In this document: positions 29,694-38,049 of the stretch, in pieces
Position numbering within the stretch: the first letter of the stretch is position 1
How the letters are laid out: the number at the start of each line of letters is the position of its first letter
Assembly: GCA_963838925.1 (NCBI GenBank)
Contig: CAWISW010000003.1
Span: 754,595-818,594, forward strand
Length of the DNA: 64,000 nucleotides
Reading direction: 5' to 3'
From: an uncultured Nitrososphaerota archaeon
GTDB taxonomy: Archaea; Thermoproteota; Nitrososphaeria; Nitrososphaerales; Gagatemarchaeaceae
Position numbers and translations under genes: made by a program
Notes under the pieces: model-generated
The model's database searches: none
What the model was told of the DNA's origin: nothing
Seen by the model: only the letters and a program-made list of their open reading frames with translations

Positions 29694-29876
29694 TTGTCGC
29701 AAAGGTCAGTGGCGCTTCCGGTCTGCACGTCCTGCAACCGACCCATCATGCCGGGAGAGAAGGCCTCCAAGTTCAGCTGCCCCAGCTGCAGCCAGGTGTT
29801 CGTCTGGCGCTGCGAGAAGTGCCGCAAGTTCTCCCGAAGGTACAAGTGCGTCAACTGCAGTTTTGAGGGGCCATAG
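29694..29876 (+). CDS. Zn-ribbon protein (DUF1610/HVO_2753-like)
   Basis: Four CxxC motifs ending CSFEGP; directly upstream of EF-1beta. Confidence 0.92.
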   Translation: MSQRSVALPVCTSCNRPIMPGEKASKFSCPSCSQVFVWRCEKCRKFSRRYKCVNCSFEGP

Positions 29877-29878
29877 CG

Positions 29879-30166
29879 ATGGCAGGCTCCTATCTCGTGC
29901 GAGTGAAGGTAATGCCGTCAGGCCCGGAGGTCCCAGCCGACAAGCTCCTAGAGTCGATAAAGGGCGTCCTGACCAGCGAGATGGTCTTGAAGGGGAGCAA
30001 GGAAGACCCCATCGCGTTCGGGCTCTACGCGCTGATACTGGACATCGTGGCCCCTGAGGAGGAAGGCATGATCGACAAGGTCGAGCAGGCGGTGGCGAAG
30101 GCGCCCCTCGTGACCCAGTCCGACCTGATGGGCGTGAGCCGGATGTCGAGCCGCCTCAAGGTCTGA
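29879..30166 (+). CDS. ef1b: Elongation factor 1-beta
   Basis: VKVMPSGPE and EDPIAFGLYAL. Confidence 0.93.
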   Translation: MAGSYLVRVKVMPSGPEVPADKLLESIKGVLTSEMVLKGSKEDPIAFGLYALILDIVAPEEEGMIDKVEQAVAKAPLVTQSDLMGVSRMSSRLKV

Positions 30167-30255
30167 GCCCCTCGTTCCTCGAAGCTTTAATAACCCAGCC
30201 GACCTCCCAGAATCCTCTCTAGGGTATTAGGAAGAAAGAGCGTGTCGCTAGAATC

Positions 30256-30492
30256 TTGAAACCTCCACTTCGGTTTTCGCTTTACGAGCTGATCAAGGAG
30301 AAGAAGCACGCGACGGACGACGAGCTCCTCGGCATCCTCAACAAGGCCGACGGGTGCTCCATCCACGAGCTCAACAAGGGGCTCCTGGACCTCGAGATCC
30401 TAGGCGCCATCACGGTCAGGTGGGTCGCGAAGGAGAAGCGCCGCGTGGAGTTCGTGGAAGCGGTCGCCGCCCCCGTGAGATACGCCGAGTGA
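30256..30492 (+). CDS. Small winged-helix protein
   Basis: TDDELL...ELNKGLLDLEILGAITVRW; has its own TATA-like upstream region. Confidence 0.75.
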   Translation: MKPPLRFSLYELIKEKKHATDDELLGILNKADGCSIHELNKGLLDLEILGAITVRWVAKEKRRVEFVEAVAAPVRYAE

Positions 30493-30554
30493 GACTAGGT
30501 TTTTAGCCGGCATCGGAGGCCGAGAAAGGGGAAGATGCAGGTGAGCATCCGAGC

Positions 30555-31580
30555 TTGGGCGTAGACCTCGGGGACGTCATCCCCCGCAGGAAGGTCGCGC
30601 TGGAGTCCCTGAGCAACAAGAGGATAGCCATCGACGCGTACAACACCCTCTACCAGTTCCTCGCGATCATCCGCGGCGTGGGAGGAGAGCACCTGAAGGA
30701 CTCCAAGGGCAGGGTGACCAGCCACCTCAGCGGGCTCTTCTACAGGAACATCAACCTCCTGGAGCTCAACATGAAGCTGGTCTACGTCTTCGACGGGGCG
30801 CCGCCTGAGCTCAAGGCCGTCGAGATAGACAGGCGGAGGAAGCAGAGGGACGAGGCAAGGCGCCAGTACGCGGTCGCCTTCGAGGCCGGCGACATGGCGA
30901 GCGCCAGAAAGTACGCCGAGGCGTCGACCTCCCTCCGCCAGGACATGGTCGTGGAGTCGAAGCAGCTCCTCGACGTCATGGGGATACCCTGGGTCGACGC
31001 ACCGTCGGAGGGCGAGGCGCAGGCTGCGGTGATGGCGATGGAGGGCACCGTGGACGCGGTCGGCTCGCAGGACCACGACTCGCTCCTCTTCGGGGCTCCC
31101 CTGCTGGTCAGGAACATCACGATATCAGGAAGGAGGAGGCTGCCGAGCAAGAACATCTTCATCGAGGTCGAGCCCGAGACGATTAGCCTTGACGAGACGC
31201 TGAAGGCGCTCGGCATGTCAAGGGAGCAGCTCATCGACTTTGGGATCCTCATGGGGACGGACTTCAACCCCGACGGGTTCAAGGGCATCGGCCCCGTCAG
31301 AGGGATGAAGCTCCTCAAGACATACGGCTCTATCGACAAGATCGAGCCTCTCAAGGAGGAGGTCGCTAAGATCGACTACCAGGCGATAAGAGACCTCTTC
31401 CTTCATCCCCCAGCGAAGAGCGGGGTCACGCCCTCCTGGGGGGAGCTCAAGCCGGACGCCCTGAAGGCGTTCCTAGTCGACGAACACTCGTTTTCCGCCG
31501 AGAGGGTCGATGCCGCTGTCAAGAGAGTCTCCGGCCTGGAGAGCTCGAAGACCGAGACGCTCGAGAAGTGGTTCGGATAG
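30555..31580 (+). CDS. fen: Flap endonuclease 1
   Basis: DAYNTLYQFL, TSHLSG, VFDG, APSEGEAQAA, SQDHDSLLFG, GTDFN and a C-terminal PIP-like TLEKWF. Confidence 0.97.
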   Translation: MGVDLGDVIPRRKVALESLSNKRIAIDAYNTLYQFLAIIRGVGGEHLKDSKGRVTSHLSGLFYRNINLLELNMKLVYVFDGAPPELKAVEIDRRRKQRDEARRQYAVAFEAGDMASARKYAEASTSLRQDMVVESKQLLDVMGIPWVDAPSEGEAQAAVMAMEGTVDAVGSQDHDSLLFGAPLLVRNITISGRRRLPSKNIFIEVEPETISLDETLKALGMSREQLIDFGILMGTDFNPDGFKGIGPVRGMKLLKTYGSIDKIEPLKEEVAKIDYQAIRDLFLHPPAKSGVTPSWGELKPDALKAFLVDEHSFSAERVDAAVKRVSGLESSKTETLEKWFG

Positions 31581-31588
31581 GGCGCCTG

Positions 31589-32197
31589 TCAGTCCTGTGT
31601 CATCCCCTGGAACTCCTTGGCCGACCTTGCGCGCAGCGCGGGGTTGATCCGCGACTCCTCGCTCAACGTCCTGAAGGGGACGGCGCCGTAGTCGTGGCCG
31701 GGGTAGATCACAGTGCTCCCAGGGAGCGGCATGATCTTCTCGTGGAGGCTCGCGAAGAGGGTCGCGGCGGAGCCCCCCGGGAGGTCCGTCCGCCCCCAGT
31801 AGTCGATGAACAACGTGTCTCCCGTGAAGAGGTGCTTCCCGTCGTAGTAGCAGACGCTGTCCAGGGTGTGCCCCGGCGTGTAGATGACCTTCACCTCGCT
31901 CTGCCCCAGCTTCAGGGACTCCCCGTCCCGGACGCCGCGTCCTGGGTTGACCTCGGAACCTTGGAAAGCCACCGTCTCGGCCCCGAGCTCCGAAGCGAGC
32001 TTGTCCAGCGTCTGGACGTGGTCGTAGTGGTAGTGTGTCGCGCAGGCGTATCTCACCCGCATGCCCTCCTCTGAGGCGACCCTCAGTATCGGCTCGGTCT
32101 CCCATCCCGAGTCGACTGCCATGGCTTCCCCGCTCTCGTCGGCGACAAGGTACACAAAGTTCTGCATGGGGCCGACGGCGATCTGGAAGACCCTCAT
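31589..32197 (-). CDS. Metallo-beta-lactamase fold hydrolase (glyoxalase II-like)
   Basis: THYHYDH, TPGHT, FTGDTLF, GRTD, YPGHDY; ATG 32197. Confidence 0.93.
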   Translation of the reverse strand: MRVFQIAVGPMQNFVYLVADESGEAMAVDSGWETEPILRVASEEGMRVRYACATHYHYDHVQTLDKLASELGAETVAFQGSEVNPGRGVRDGESLKLGQSEVKVIYTPGHTLDSVCYYDGKHLFTGDTLFIDYWGRTDLPGGSAATLFASLHEKIMPLPGSTVIYPGHDYGAVPFRTLSEESRINPALRARSAKEFQGMTQD

Positions 32198-32862
32198 CGG
32201 GCTCCTCCCCTCCCCCTGATGCCTATAGGCACGACCACCACCTCCCCGGTGAACTCCTCGCGCCCCCTCAGGCCTATCTTCGGAAGGTGGAGCGCCAGCG
32301 TGACGTCTGCCCTCACCGAGGGCCGGCTCGCCTCCCCCGTGCCCGGGTCGATGCCCGAGGGGAGGTCTACGGCTACCTTGACGCCCCTCGAGGCGTTGAC
32401 CATGGTTATCGCGGTCGCGTAGGGCTCGTTCACGACCCCGCCCTTGACCCCTGTCCCGAATATCGCGACCACTATCACGTCGGCATCCGCGATGACGCCA
32501 GAACTCTGGGCCAGGGAGGCGGCGTCGTCGGCCACGTGGAGCTCGGCGCGGGTTCCCGAGAGCGTCCGCCAGTTCTCTCGCGCCTCCTCGGTCCGTATCC
32601 TCTCCGGCGCAGTCAGGAGCACAACCTTCACGGGGCACCTGGCCGAGAGATACCTGGCCGCCACCAGCCCGTCCCCTCCGTTGTTGCCCCCTCCGCACAC
32701 GACGCACACCCGCTTGGCATCGCCGTATCTGGAGAGGACGAACCGGGCGACCCCCCTCCCGGCGTTCTCCATGAGCGCTTTCACGCCCAGGCCGTACTGC
32801 GCGGCGCCCCTCTCCAGCGCGACCATCTCCTCAGGCGTGACGTACTCCAAGGTCTGCTGCAC
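32194..32862 (-). CDS. nnrE: NAD(P)H-hydrate epimerase (YjeF N-terminal domain)
   Basis: LMENAG, GGGNNGGDG, AIFGTG, AVDLPSG. Confidence 0.92.
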   Translation of the reverse strand: MQQTLEYVTPEEMVALERGAAQYGLGVKALMENAGRGVARFVLSRYGDAKRVCVVCGGGNNGGDGLVAARYLSARCPVKVVLLTAPERIRTEEARENWRTLSGTRAELHVADDAASLAQSSGVIADADVIVVAIFGTGVKGGVVNEPYATAITMVNASRGVKVAVDLPSGIDPGTGEASRPSVRADVTLALHLPKIGLRGREEFTGEVVVVPIGIRGRGGAR

Positions 32863-32928
32863 CTGCCAGCCAAGGAAGTCGAATCAGCTTTATCAACCAT
32901 CGCGCTTCCCTCCCTCAGTGGAAGAGAA

Positions 32929-33417
32929 TTGAGCCGCAAGGGCGAGGGAAGGCACGTCTCGATGTCGCAGATGACGACCGTCAGGCTGATGATGCCGACG
33001 GACGGGAACGTCCTGGGGAACGTCTTCGGAGGCGCGATAATGAGGTACATGGACGAGGTCGCCGGCATCGTGGCCTTCCACCACGCGAGAACGAACGTGG
33101 TCACCGCATCGATCGACCGGATGGACTTCTACGCTCCCGTCTACATCGGGAACCTCCTGATTCTGAAGGCGGCCGTCAACTACGTCGGCAGGACATCCAT
33201 GGAGGTGGGGGTGCGGATCGAGGCCGAGGACCCACTCACGGGGACGACCGCCCACACGGGCTCGTGCTACCTGACATTCGTGGCGCTCGACGGGAACGGG
33301 AAGCCCTGCCCGGTCGAGCCGGTCATCCCGGTGACGGCCGACGAGAAGCGGAGGTACCGCGAGGCGGTGGCGAGAAGGAAGCTCCGGCAGCGGATGCTCT
33401 CCCACCGGAAGCAATGA
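32929..33417 (+). CDS. Hotdog-fold acyl-CoA thioesterase (YciA-like)
   Basis: GNVFGGAIMRYMDE, VTASID, GRTSMEV, TFVALD; TTG 32929. Confidence 0.93.
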   Translation: MSRKGEGRHVSMSQMTTVRLMMPTDGNVLGNVFGGAIMRYMDEVAGIVAFHHARTNVVTASIDRMDFYAPVYIGNLLILKAAVNYVGRTSMEVGVRIEAEDPLTGTTAHTGSCYLTFVALDGNGKPCPVEPVIPVTADEKRRYREAVARRKLRQRMLSHRKQ

Positions 33418-33484
33418 GTTTGATTAACAGTTCAAACAATATAGAGTTCCTATGAGTTAACGGTGCCGTGGGAGTCAACCTACA

Positions 33485-33838
33485 ATGAGCTTCTCCGACG
33501 TCCTCCAGCTGGCGAAGATAGGCAAGAGGGATGCCGCAGCCATCCTCCTGAGGGAGGAGTTCGGCAAGCTCCAGTCGCCCGAGCAGAGGGTCAACCTCTG
33601 CAAGTGGATAGCGTCGTGCTTCGAGGGCCTCGAGGAGTACGAGAGCGCCGCAGAGTGGTACGAGATGACGGGGCTGCTCTCCCTGGGCGAAACCAGCAGC
33701 GACGCGGCCAACGCGATCCGCGCGCTTCCCGAGTACGAGAAGGCCCGGGAGTTCTACACGATGTGCGCTGACGAAGAGAAGGTGGAGCTCTGCTCCTCCG
33801 TGATCTCGCAGCTCAACAAGTGCTTCGTCGCCTCCTAG
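33485..33838 (+). CDS. Hypothetical helical-repeat (TPR/SNAP-like) protein
   Basis: Host-like codon usage; ASCFEGLEEYESAAEWYE and YEKAREFY helical-repeat pattern. Confidence 0.65.
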   Translation: MSFSDVLQLAKIGKRDAAAILLREEFGKLQSPEQRVNLCKWIASCFEGLEEYESAAEWYEMTGLLSLGETSSDAANAIRALPEYEKAREFYTMCADEEKVELCSSVISQLNKCFVAS

Positions 33839-33847
33839 GCGAGAGCT

Positions 33848-33997
33848 CTAGCCAGACTTTTCCTTTCCCAGGGCGTTCCGCCGGTTCACGGTCTTCGTAT
33901 AGCACGCCACGCAGATGAACTCCTCCTTCGTGCCAATCTTGAAGGGCTTGGCGTCGACCTTCAGTTGTGAGTCGCAAAGGTAGCACTTTAGCTCCAA
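33848..33997 (-). CDS. Small Cys4 zinc-finger protein (49 aa, MELKCYLCDSQLKVDAKPFKIGTKEEFICVACYTKTVNRRNALGKEKSG)
   Basis: Manually translated; CxxC-x20-CxxC; TTG start preceded by GTGAGG, 10 nt after the stop of the Hjc-like gene; absent from the ORF track. Confidence 0.7.
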   Translation of the reverse strand: MELKCYLCDSQLKVDAKPFKIGTKEEFICVACYTKTVNRRNALGKEKSG

Positions 33998-34007
33998 GGA
34001 GCCTCAC

Positions 34008-34301
34008 TCACTTCCGCGCACGCAGGCGCCTCTTCTCCAGATTGCCCCGACCCTTGAAGTGCCATATCTCTGCGTCTGCGTTGAAGGCCTCTGCCCATTT
34101 AACCAATTCCTTGGCCTCCTCGGCCTTCACCCTCGCCTTCCCGTTCTTCACCTGCACCAGCAGCGTCACGCCGAGCTTGGCGGCGAAGATGTCCACGGGG
34201 CTGTGGGAGCCCGCGCTCCTCCCGACGACCCACCCATCCTTTCTCAGAAGCTCCATCGCCCTGTACTCTTTTGATCTCCCCCGCTCGTACTGAGTGACCA
34301 A
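34008..34301 (-). CDS. Hjc-like PD-(D/E)XK nuclease (short)
   Basis: GRSKEYRAMELL, RSAGSHSPVDIFA, LLVQVK. Confidence 0.8.
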   Translation of the reverse strand: MVTQYERGRSKEYRAMELLRKDGWVVGRSAGSHSPVDIFAAKLGVTLLVQVKNGKARVKAEEAKELVKWAEAFNADAEIWHFKGRGNLEKRRLRARK

Positions 34302-34386
34302 ACGTGGGCACCGCCGACTAGTGAGTTATAGAGACATCGCTTCCAGACTCTGCCAAGTCGTCACCTCCGTGCTGATTTTTGGGGTG

Positions 34387-35040
34387 TTAGCTGCCGTCAC
34401 CTAGGCCTGGCTTAGGGTTCTCCCCTATCTCGCGGTAGGACTCGACCGCCTCTTTCGCCACAAAAAGGACGATGATGCCTGTCGCGATGTAGTCAGCCCA
34501 AGCAAACCTGAGAAAGAACTCGACCAACAAGCTTCCGAGCAGTGCGATTGCCATGAAGAGACACGTCGCCGACTCCGCCGCGTCTATCGAGAGTGGGCGG
34601 CAGTCCGCCTGCCGTCCTATCCTTCCTTTCTCGATCCAGAGGTAGGGCATCACTACGACTGCGCCTATGGCGATTGCGATGCCAAGCGGCGAACCTTCAG
34701 CCTTTATCCCCGAAAAGTAGGAGTAGGCCGAGCCAAGAGCGATGATCGGAATCAGAAGGAAGAGAAGAGTAGCGGCAATCTTCTCCGTACTCTCACCGCT
34801 TGCCTTCGTTGCCCCAGGCGACCTGAGATAGGCGGCAACCGCATAGGCCGAGAGCAGTTCTATCAGGCTGTCGCCCCCAAATGCGACGAGGGCGAGACTT
34901 CCGGCGAGTATTCCAGCCCCTACTGAGATTGAGGCCTCCACCGTCATCCACCCGACACTGAAGTATTCCAGCAAGAGACCTCGATGAAGGAGCCTGAGGT
35001 TCCTCGTTTCGTCGCCCGCGGGTTTCAAGGCCACGGACAA
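34387..35040 (-). CDS. Cation transporter, CDF/TMEM163-like without cytosolic domain
   Basis: Six hydrophobic segments; LEYFSVGWMTVEA, AFGGDSLIE, DAAESATC, WADY. Confidence 0.8.
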   Translation of the reverse strand: MSVALKPAGDETRNLRLLHRGLLLEYFSVGWMTVEASISVGAGILAGSLALVAFGGDSLIELLSAYAVAAYLRSPGATKASGESTEKIAATLLFLLIPIIALGSAYSYFSGIKAEGSPLGIAIAIGAVVVMPYLWIEKGRIGRQADCRPLSIDAAESATCLFMAIALLGSLLVEFFLRFAWADYIATGIIVLFVAKEAVESYREIGENPKPGLGDGS

Positions 35041-35133
35041 GCAGCGCCTACTCCTTACTTATTGTCTCGGCCTCGTGCCCGCGATTGGTTGTCGTCCCCC
35101 GAGGGGCAACCTTATGTCTTCCTAGTCAGCGAC

Positions 35134-35832
35134 GTGGTCGTCACAAACTTGGAACTAGGGGTAGACGAGTCGCTGAAGGGAGTCGAGGAGGGCATGCAGG
35201 AAGTGCTCGCGAGGAGGGAGAGGATCCTCAAGACCACCAGGGACTGCATCTCCTTCTGCTCGAAGGCGATAGTCCACCTCCACACTGGAAAGACCGCTGA
35301 GGCGCAGCGCGAGGTCAAGGAGGCCGAGAAGATCCTGAAGAGCCTGAGGAAGGAGGCCGGAGCCGGGACGCTCTCCAGATACCTCGCCTCGCCGGAGGCG
35401 GAGTTCGTCGAGGCCTCCTCGGTCGAGGCTATAGTGCTCGGCAAGCCCATCCCCCGGGCGAAGGACCTCGGTGTGTCCGGCGAGGGGTATCTCCTGGGGC
35501 TCCTCGACACGGTGGGCGAGGTGAAGAGGCTCCTCCTCGACGCGATGATGAGGTCCGAGATAGAGAAGGCACGGGGGTACTTCGAGGTGATGGAGGGGTT
35601 GTATTCGGTTCTCTCGCCGTTCGCGGTCTACGACCACGTCGCGAACGGGGTGAGGCGCAAGATAGACGTCGCGCGCATGCTGACCGAGGACGCGAGGGGA
35701 GTCATGGCGGAGGAGGCCAGGCGCTCCAAGCTCGTGTCCTCGATGAGGGATCTCCAGGGCTCGCTCGAACGCAAGAGCACGAGCTCCCGGACAGCACGGA
35801 GCAAGGCATCGGGCAGGAAGCCCGCCCCCTGA
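35134..35832 (+). CDS. Translin family RNA-binding protein
   Basis: RRERILKTTRD, EFVEA, YLLGLLDTVGE, RRKIDVAR. Confidence 0.88.
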   Translation: MVVTNLELGVDESLKGVEEGMQEVLARRERILKTTRDCISFCSKAIVHLHTGKTAEAQREVKEAEKILKSLRKEAGAGTLSRYLASPEAEFVEASSVEAIVLGKPIPRAKDLGVSGEGYLLGLLDTVGEVKRLLLDAMMRSEIEKARGYFEVMEGLYSVLSPFAVYDHVANGVRRKIDVARMLTEDARGVMAEEARRSKLVSSMRDLQGSLERKSTSSRTARSKASGRKPAP

Positions 35833-35851
35833 CCGAAGCTTGGGTCAGGCG

Positions 35852-36586
35852 CTAGGCGCCAAGGTCGTCGTCCCCAAGCGCGGAGACCTTCCGATAGTAC
35901 ACGTCCTCGTACCGGGCTGAGGGTTTCAGGATGAGGCCCGCGGCGATGAGCTTCTCGCAAGCGGCCTCGACGTCGTCAGGGTCGAGGTCGACCTTGTATC
36001 GCTCCTCCACCTCGCTCTCTATCGTCATCAGCCCCTTCTCCTGCATGTCCCCAAGGACTGCAAGGACCCGCCCCTCCAGGGTGTCTTCGCCAGGTGCTGG
36101 TGGGAGTTGCTTGACCTTCAGCTGCTTCGCCTTTAGCTTCTCGATGACCTTCGCCCAGTCGTTGAGGTTCCTCCTCCTCGAGGCGCCTGAAATCTGCTGC
36201 ACGAACTCGGTCGTGCGTGCGGCGCCCCCGCCTTCCGTCCAGCTCACCTCGAGCTTTGGCGCGATCGCCTCTCCGTGGTGGCCCGCGGCCTTGGCAATGC
36301 TAGAAATCGGTATCTCGACGCTCGCAGAGTCGAGGGCCATCGAGCCCAAGCTCACGACGTCGGAGAAGAAGAGGCGCTTCGCGCTGAAGGCGCCGATCCT
36401 TATGCCCTCCTCCTTCTCGTTGCTGTGCACGTATACCAGCCTGCGGTCGGTGAGGACCAGCGTCCCCTCCGTCTCACCACCGAGCCCGAAGGCGCCCTCG
36501 ACGCCCTTGCGGATGCCCGGCCCCCTGCGTATCACCGCCTGCTCTTGCGCGAGCATGACCTCTGGCGTGGAGTCGTTCTGGCCCAT
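35852..36586 (-). CDS. Hypothetical protein with PH/GRAM-like N-terminus and winged-helix-like C-terminus
   Basis: EGTLVLTDRRLVYV...VEIPISSI; C-terminal DLDPDDVEAACEKLIAAGLI. Confidence 0.7.
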   Translation of the reverse strand: MGQNDSTPEVMLAQEQAVIRRGPGIRKGVEGAFGLGGETEGTLVLTDRRLVYVHSNEKEEGIRIGAFSAKRLFFSDVVSLGSMALDSASVEIPISSIAKAAGHHGEAIAPKLEVSWTEGGGAARTTEFVQQISGASRRRNLNDWAKVIEKLKAKQLKVKQLPPAPGEDTLEGRVLAVLGDMQEKGLMTIESEVEERYKVDLDPDDVEAACEKLIAAGLILKPSARYEDVYYRKVSALGDDDLGA

Positions 36587-36726
36587 CTGGAGTGACCTGC
36601 CTCCGACGCAGACCGAGGCTATTAAAAGAGATTCGACAGCGAACTTGTCCGACGAGCGAGCCCCACTGACTTATATCCCGGCCAAAGTGGATTCGCCGCT
36701 CAACCGCAGAGGAAGAGACCAGAGAA

Positions 36727-37413
36727 TTGGAAAAGATCAAGCCCGTCCTCATCCCGACCCTCGTGGAGCTCGTCAAGCTCAAGGCGCACCTCGGGTTCGT
36801 GCCCCTCTCCACGGAGGAGCTCGCGGACAAGCTGGGGCAGAGCCAGCAGGCGGCCTCCAGGCACCTTCAGGAGCTCGAGAACCTCGGCTTGGTGGAGAGG
36901 AAGCGTTCGGGCGCCAAGCTCGTGGTGAAGCTCACAAACGCGGGGCAGGACGTCGTCCGCTCGCACTACTCGGGTCTCAAGGTCGCGCTGGACGGCAAGC
37001 CGAAGGAAGAGATGAGGTTCGTGGGCAAGGTCTTCCAGGGGCTCGGTGAGGGGGCCTACTACGTCGGGCTGGAGGGCTACAAGAAGCAGTTCTCAAAGGT
37101 CCTCGGTTTCGACTCCTACCCGGGCACCCTCAACGTAAGGCTGGAGAACCCAAGCCAGATGGAGCAGAAGAAGGAGCTCCGCGGGTTCGACGGGCTGAGG
37201 ATAGAGGGGTTCGAGAGCGGAGGGAGGACGTATGGGGGCGCTAGGTGCTATCAGGCCACCATCGGCAAGGACAAGCTGCCCGCCGCCGTCCTGGTCATCG
37301 ACCGGACCCACTACGACGACAGCGTGCTCGAGATAATCTCCCCTCGCTACCTCCGGGAAGCGCTGGGGCTGAAGGACGGCGACCAGGTCGAAGTAAGGGT
37401 CTCGGTGGCCTAG
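36727..37413 (+). CDS. ribK: CTP-dependent riboflavin kinase with N-terminal HTH (RbkR type)
   Basis: SQQAASRHL HTH, GLGEGAYY, YPGTLN, RTHY, EIISPRYLR. Confidence 0.94.
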   Translation: MEKIKPVLIPTLVELVKLKAHLGFVPLSTEELADKLGQSQQAASRHLQELENLGLVERKRSGAKLVVKLTNAGQDVVRSHYSGLKVALDGKPKEEMRFVGKVFQGLGEGAYYVGLEGYKKQFSKVLGFDSYPGTLNVRLENPSQMEQKKELRGFDGLRIEGFESGGRTYGGARCYQATIGKDKLPAAVLVIDRTHYDDSVLEIISPRYLREALGLKDGDQVEVRVSVA

Positions 37414-37416
37414 GCC

Positions 37417-38049
37417 TCACATCGAGAAGAGGATCTTCGAGGTCTTGACATCGGGCAGCGTCGCCCCGAGCCTAGCTGTGGTTATCTTGACGCCCCTCTT
37501 CGCGGCCTCGCGGACGACCTCCTCGCCGGCCAGGCGCTGGTCGTAGCCCAGTGCCACTACGTCTGGCCTGATCCTGAGAAGGATCTCGTAGATGCTCCCC
37601 TTGTTCCCGGGGAGGGCAAGGTCCACCTGCCTCATCGACGAAACCAGCCCGACCCTGGAGGCCTGGTCGGTCACTGGCGGCCTCCCCTTGTTCCTCTCCA
37701 CGCTCCCGTCCGTCGCGACCACCACCACCAGCGTGTTCCCGAGGCTCCTTGCCTCGGCGAGGGCGTGGACGTGCCCAGGATGGATGATCTCGAAAGCCCC
37801 GCCGAGCATGATCACCTTCAGCCGCCGCCTGCCCGCCGGAGTGAGTCGGACTAGGCCTTTCTCCACCTTGACCAGGTTCCTCTCGTCCGACTCCCTGATG
37901 GCGGAACGAGTCGCGCTCGCCGCAATCCCCAGCCGCGCGCTCACCGAGCCCACCGTGGCTCCGCCTCCCCTCAGTCCCTCGACGTAGACGGCCCTGAGCA
38001 GGTCCACCGTCTCGATAGTCGAACGGCCCCCGGGCTTTCGCCGCGTCAC
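37417..38049 (-). CDS. ribL: FAD synthase with N-terminal winged-helix extension
   Basis: GAFEIIHPGH, VVVVATD, PDVVALGYDQ, KTSKI; adjacent to ribK. Confidence 0.85.
   Translation of the reverse strand: MTRRKPGGRSTIETVDLLRAVYVEGLRGGGATVGSVSARLGIAASATRSAIRESDERNLVKVEKGLVRLTPAGRRRLKVIMLGGAFEIIHPGHVHALAEARSLGNTLVVVVATDGSVERNKGRPPVTDQASRVGLVSSMRQVDLALPGNKGSIYEILLRIRPDVVALGYDQRLAGEEVVREAAKRGVKITTARLGATLPDVKTSKILFSM

Noticed and set aside
33813-34007. 64-aa ORF in the track downstream of the Hjc-like gene
   Set aside because: The alternative frame (33848-33997) gives a CxxC/CxxC protein with an SD-like element and no overlap with the convergent gene.
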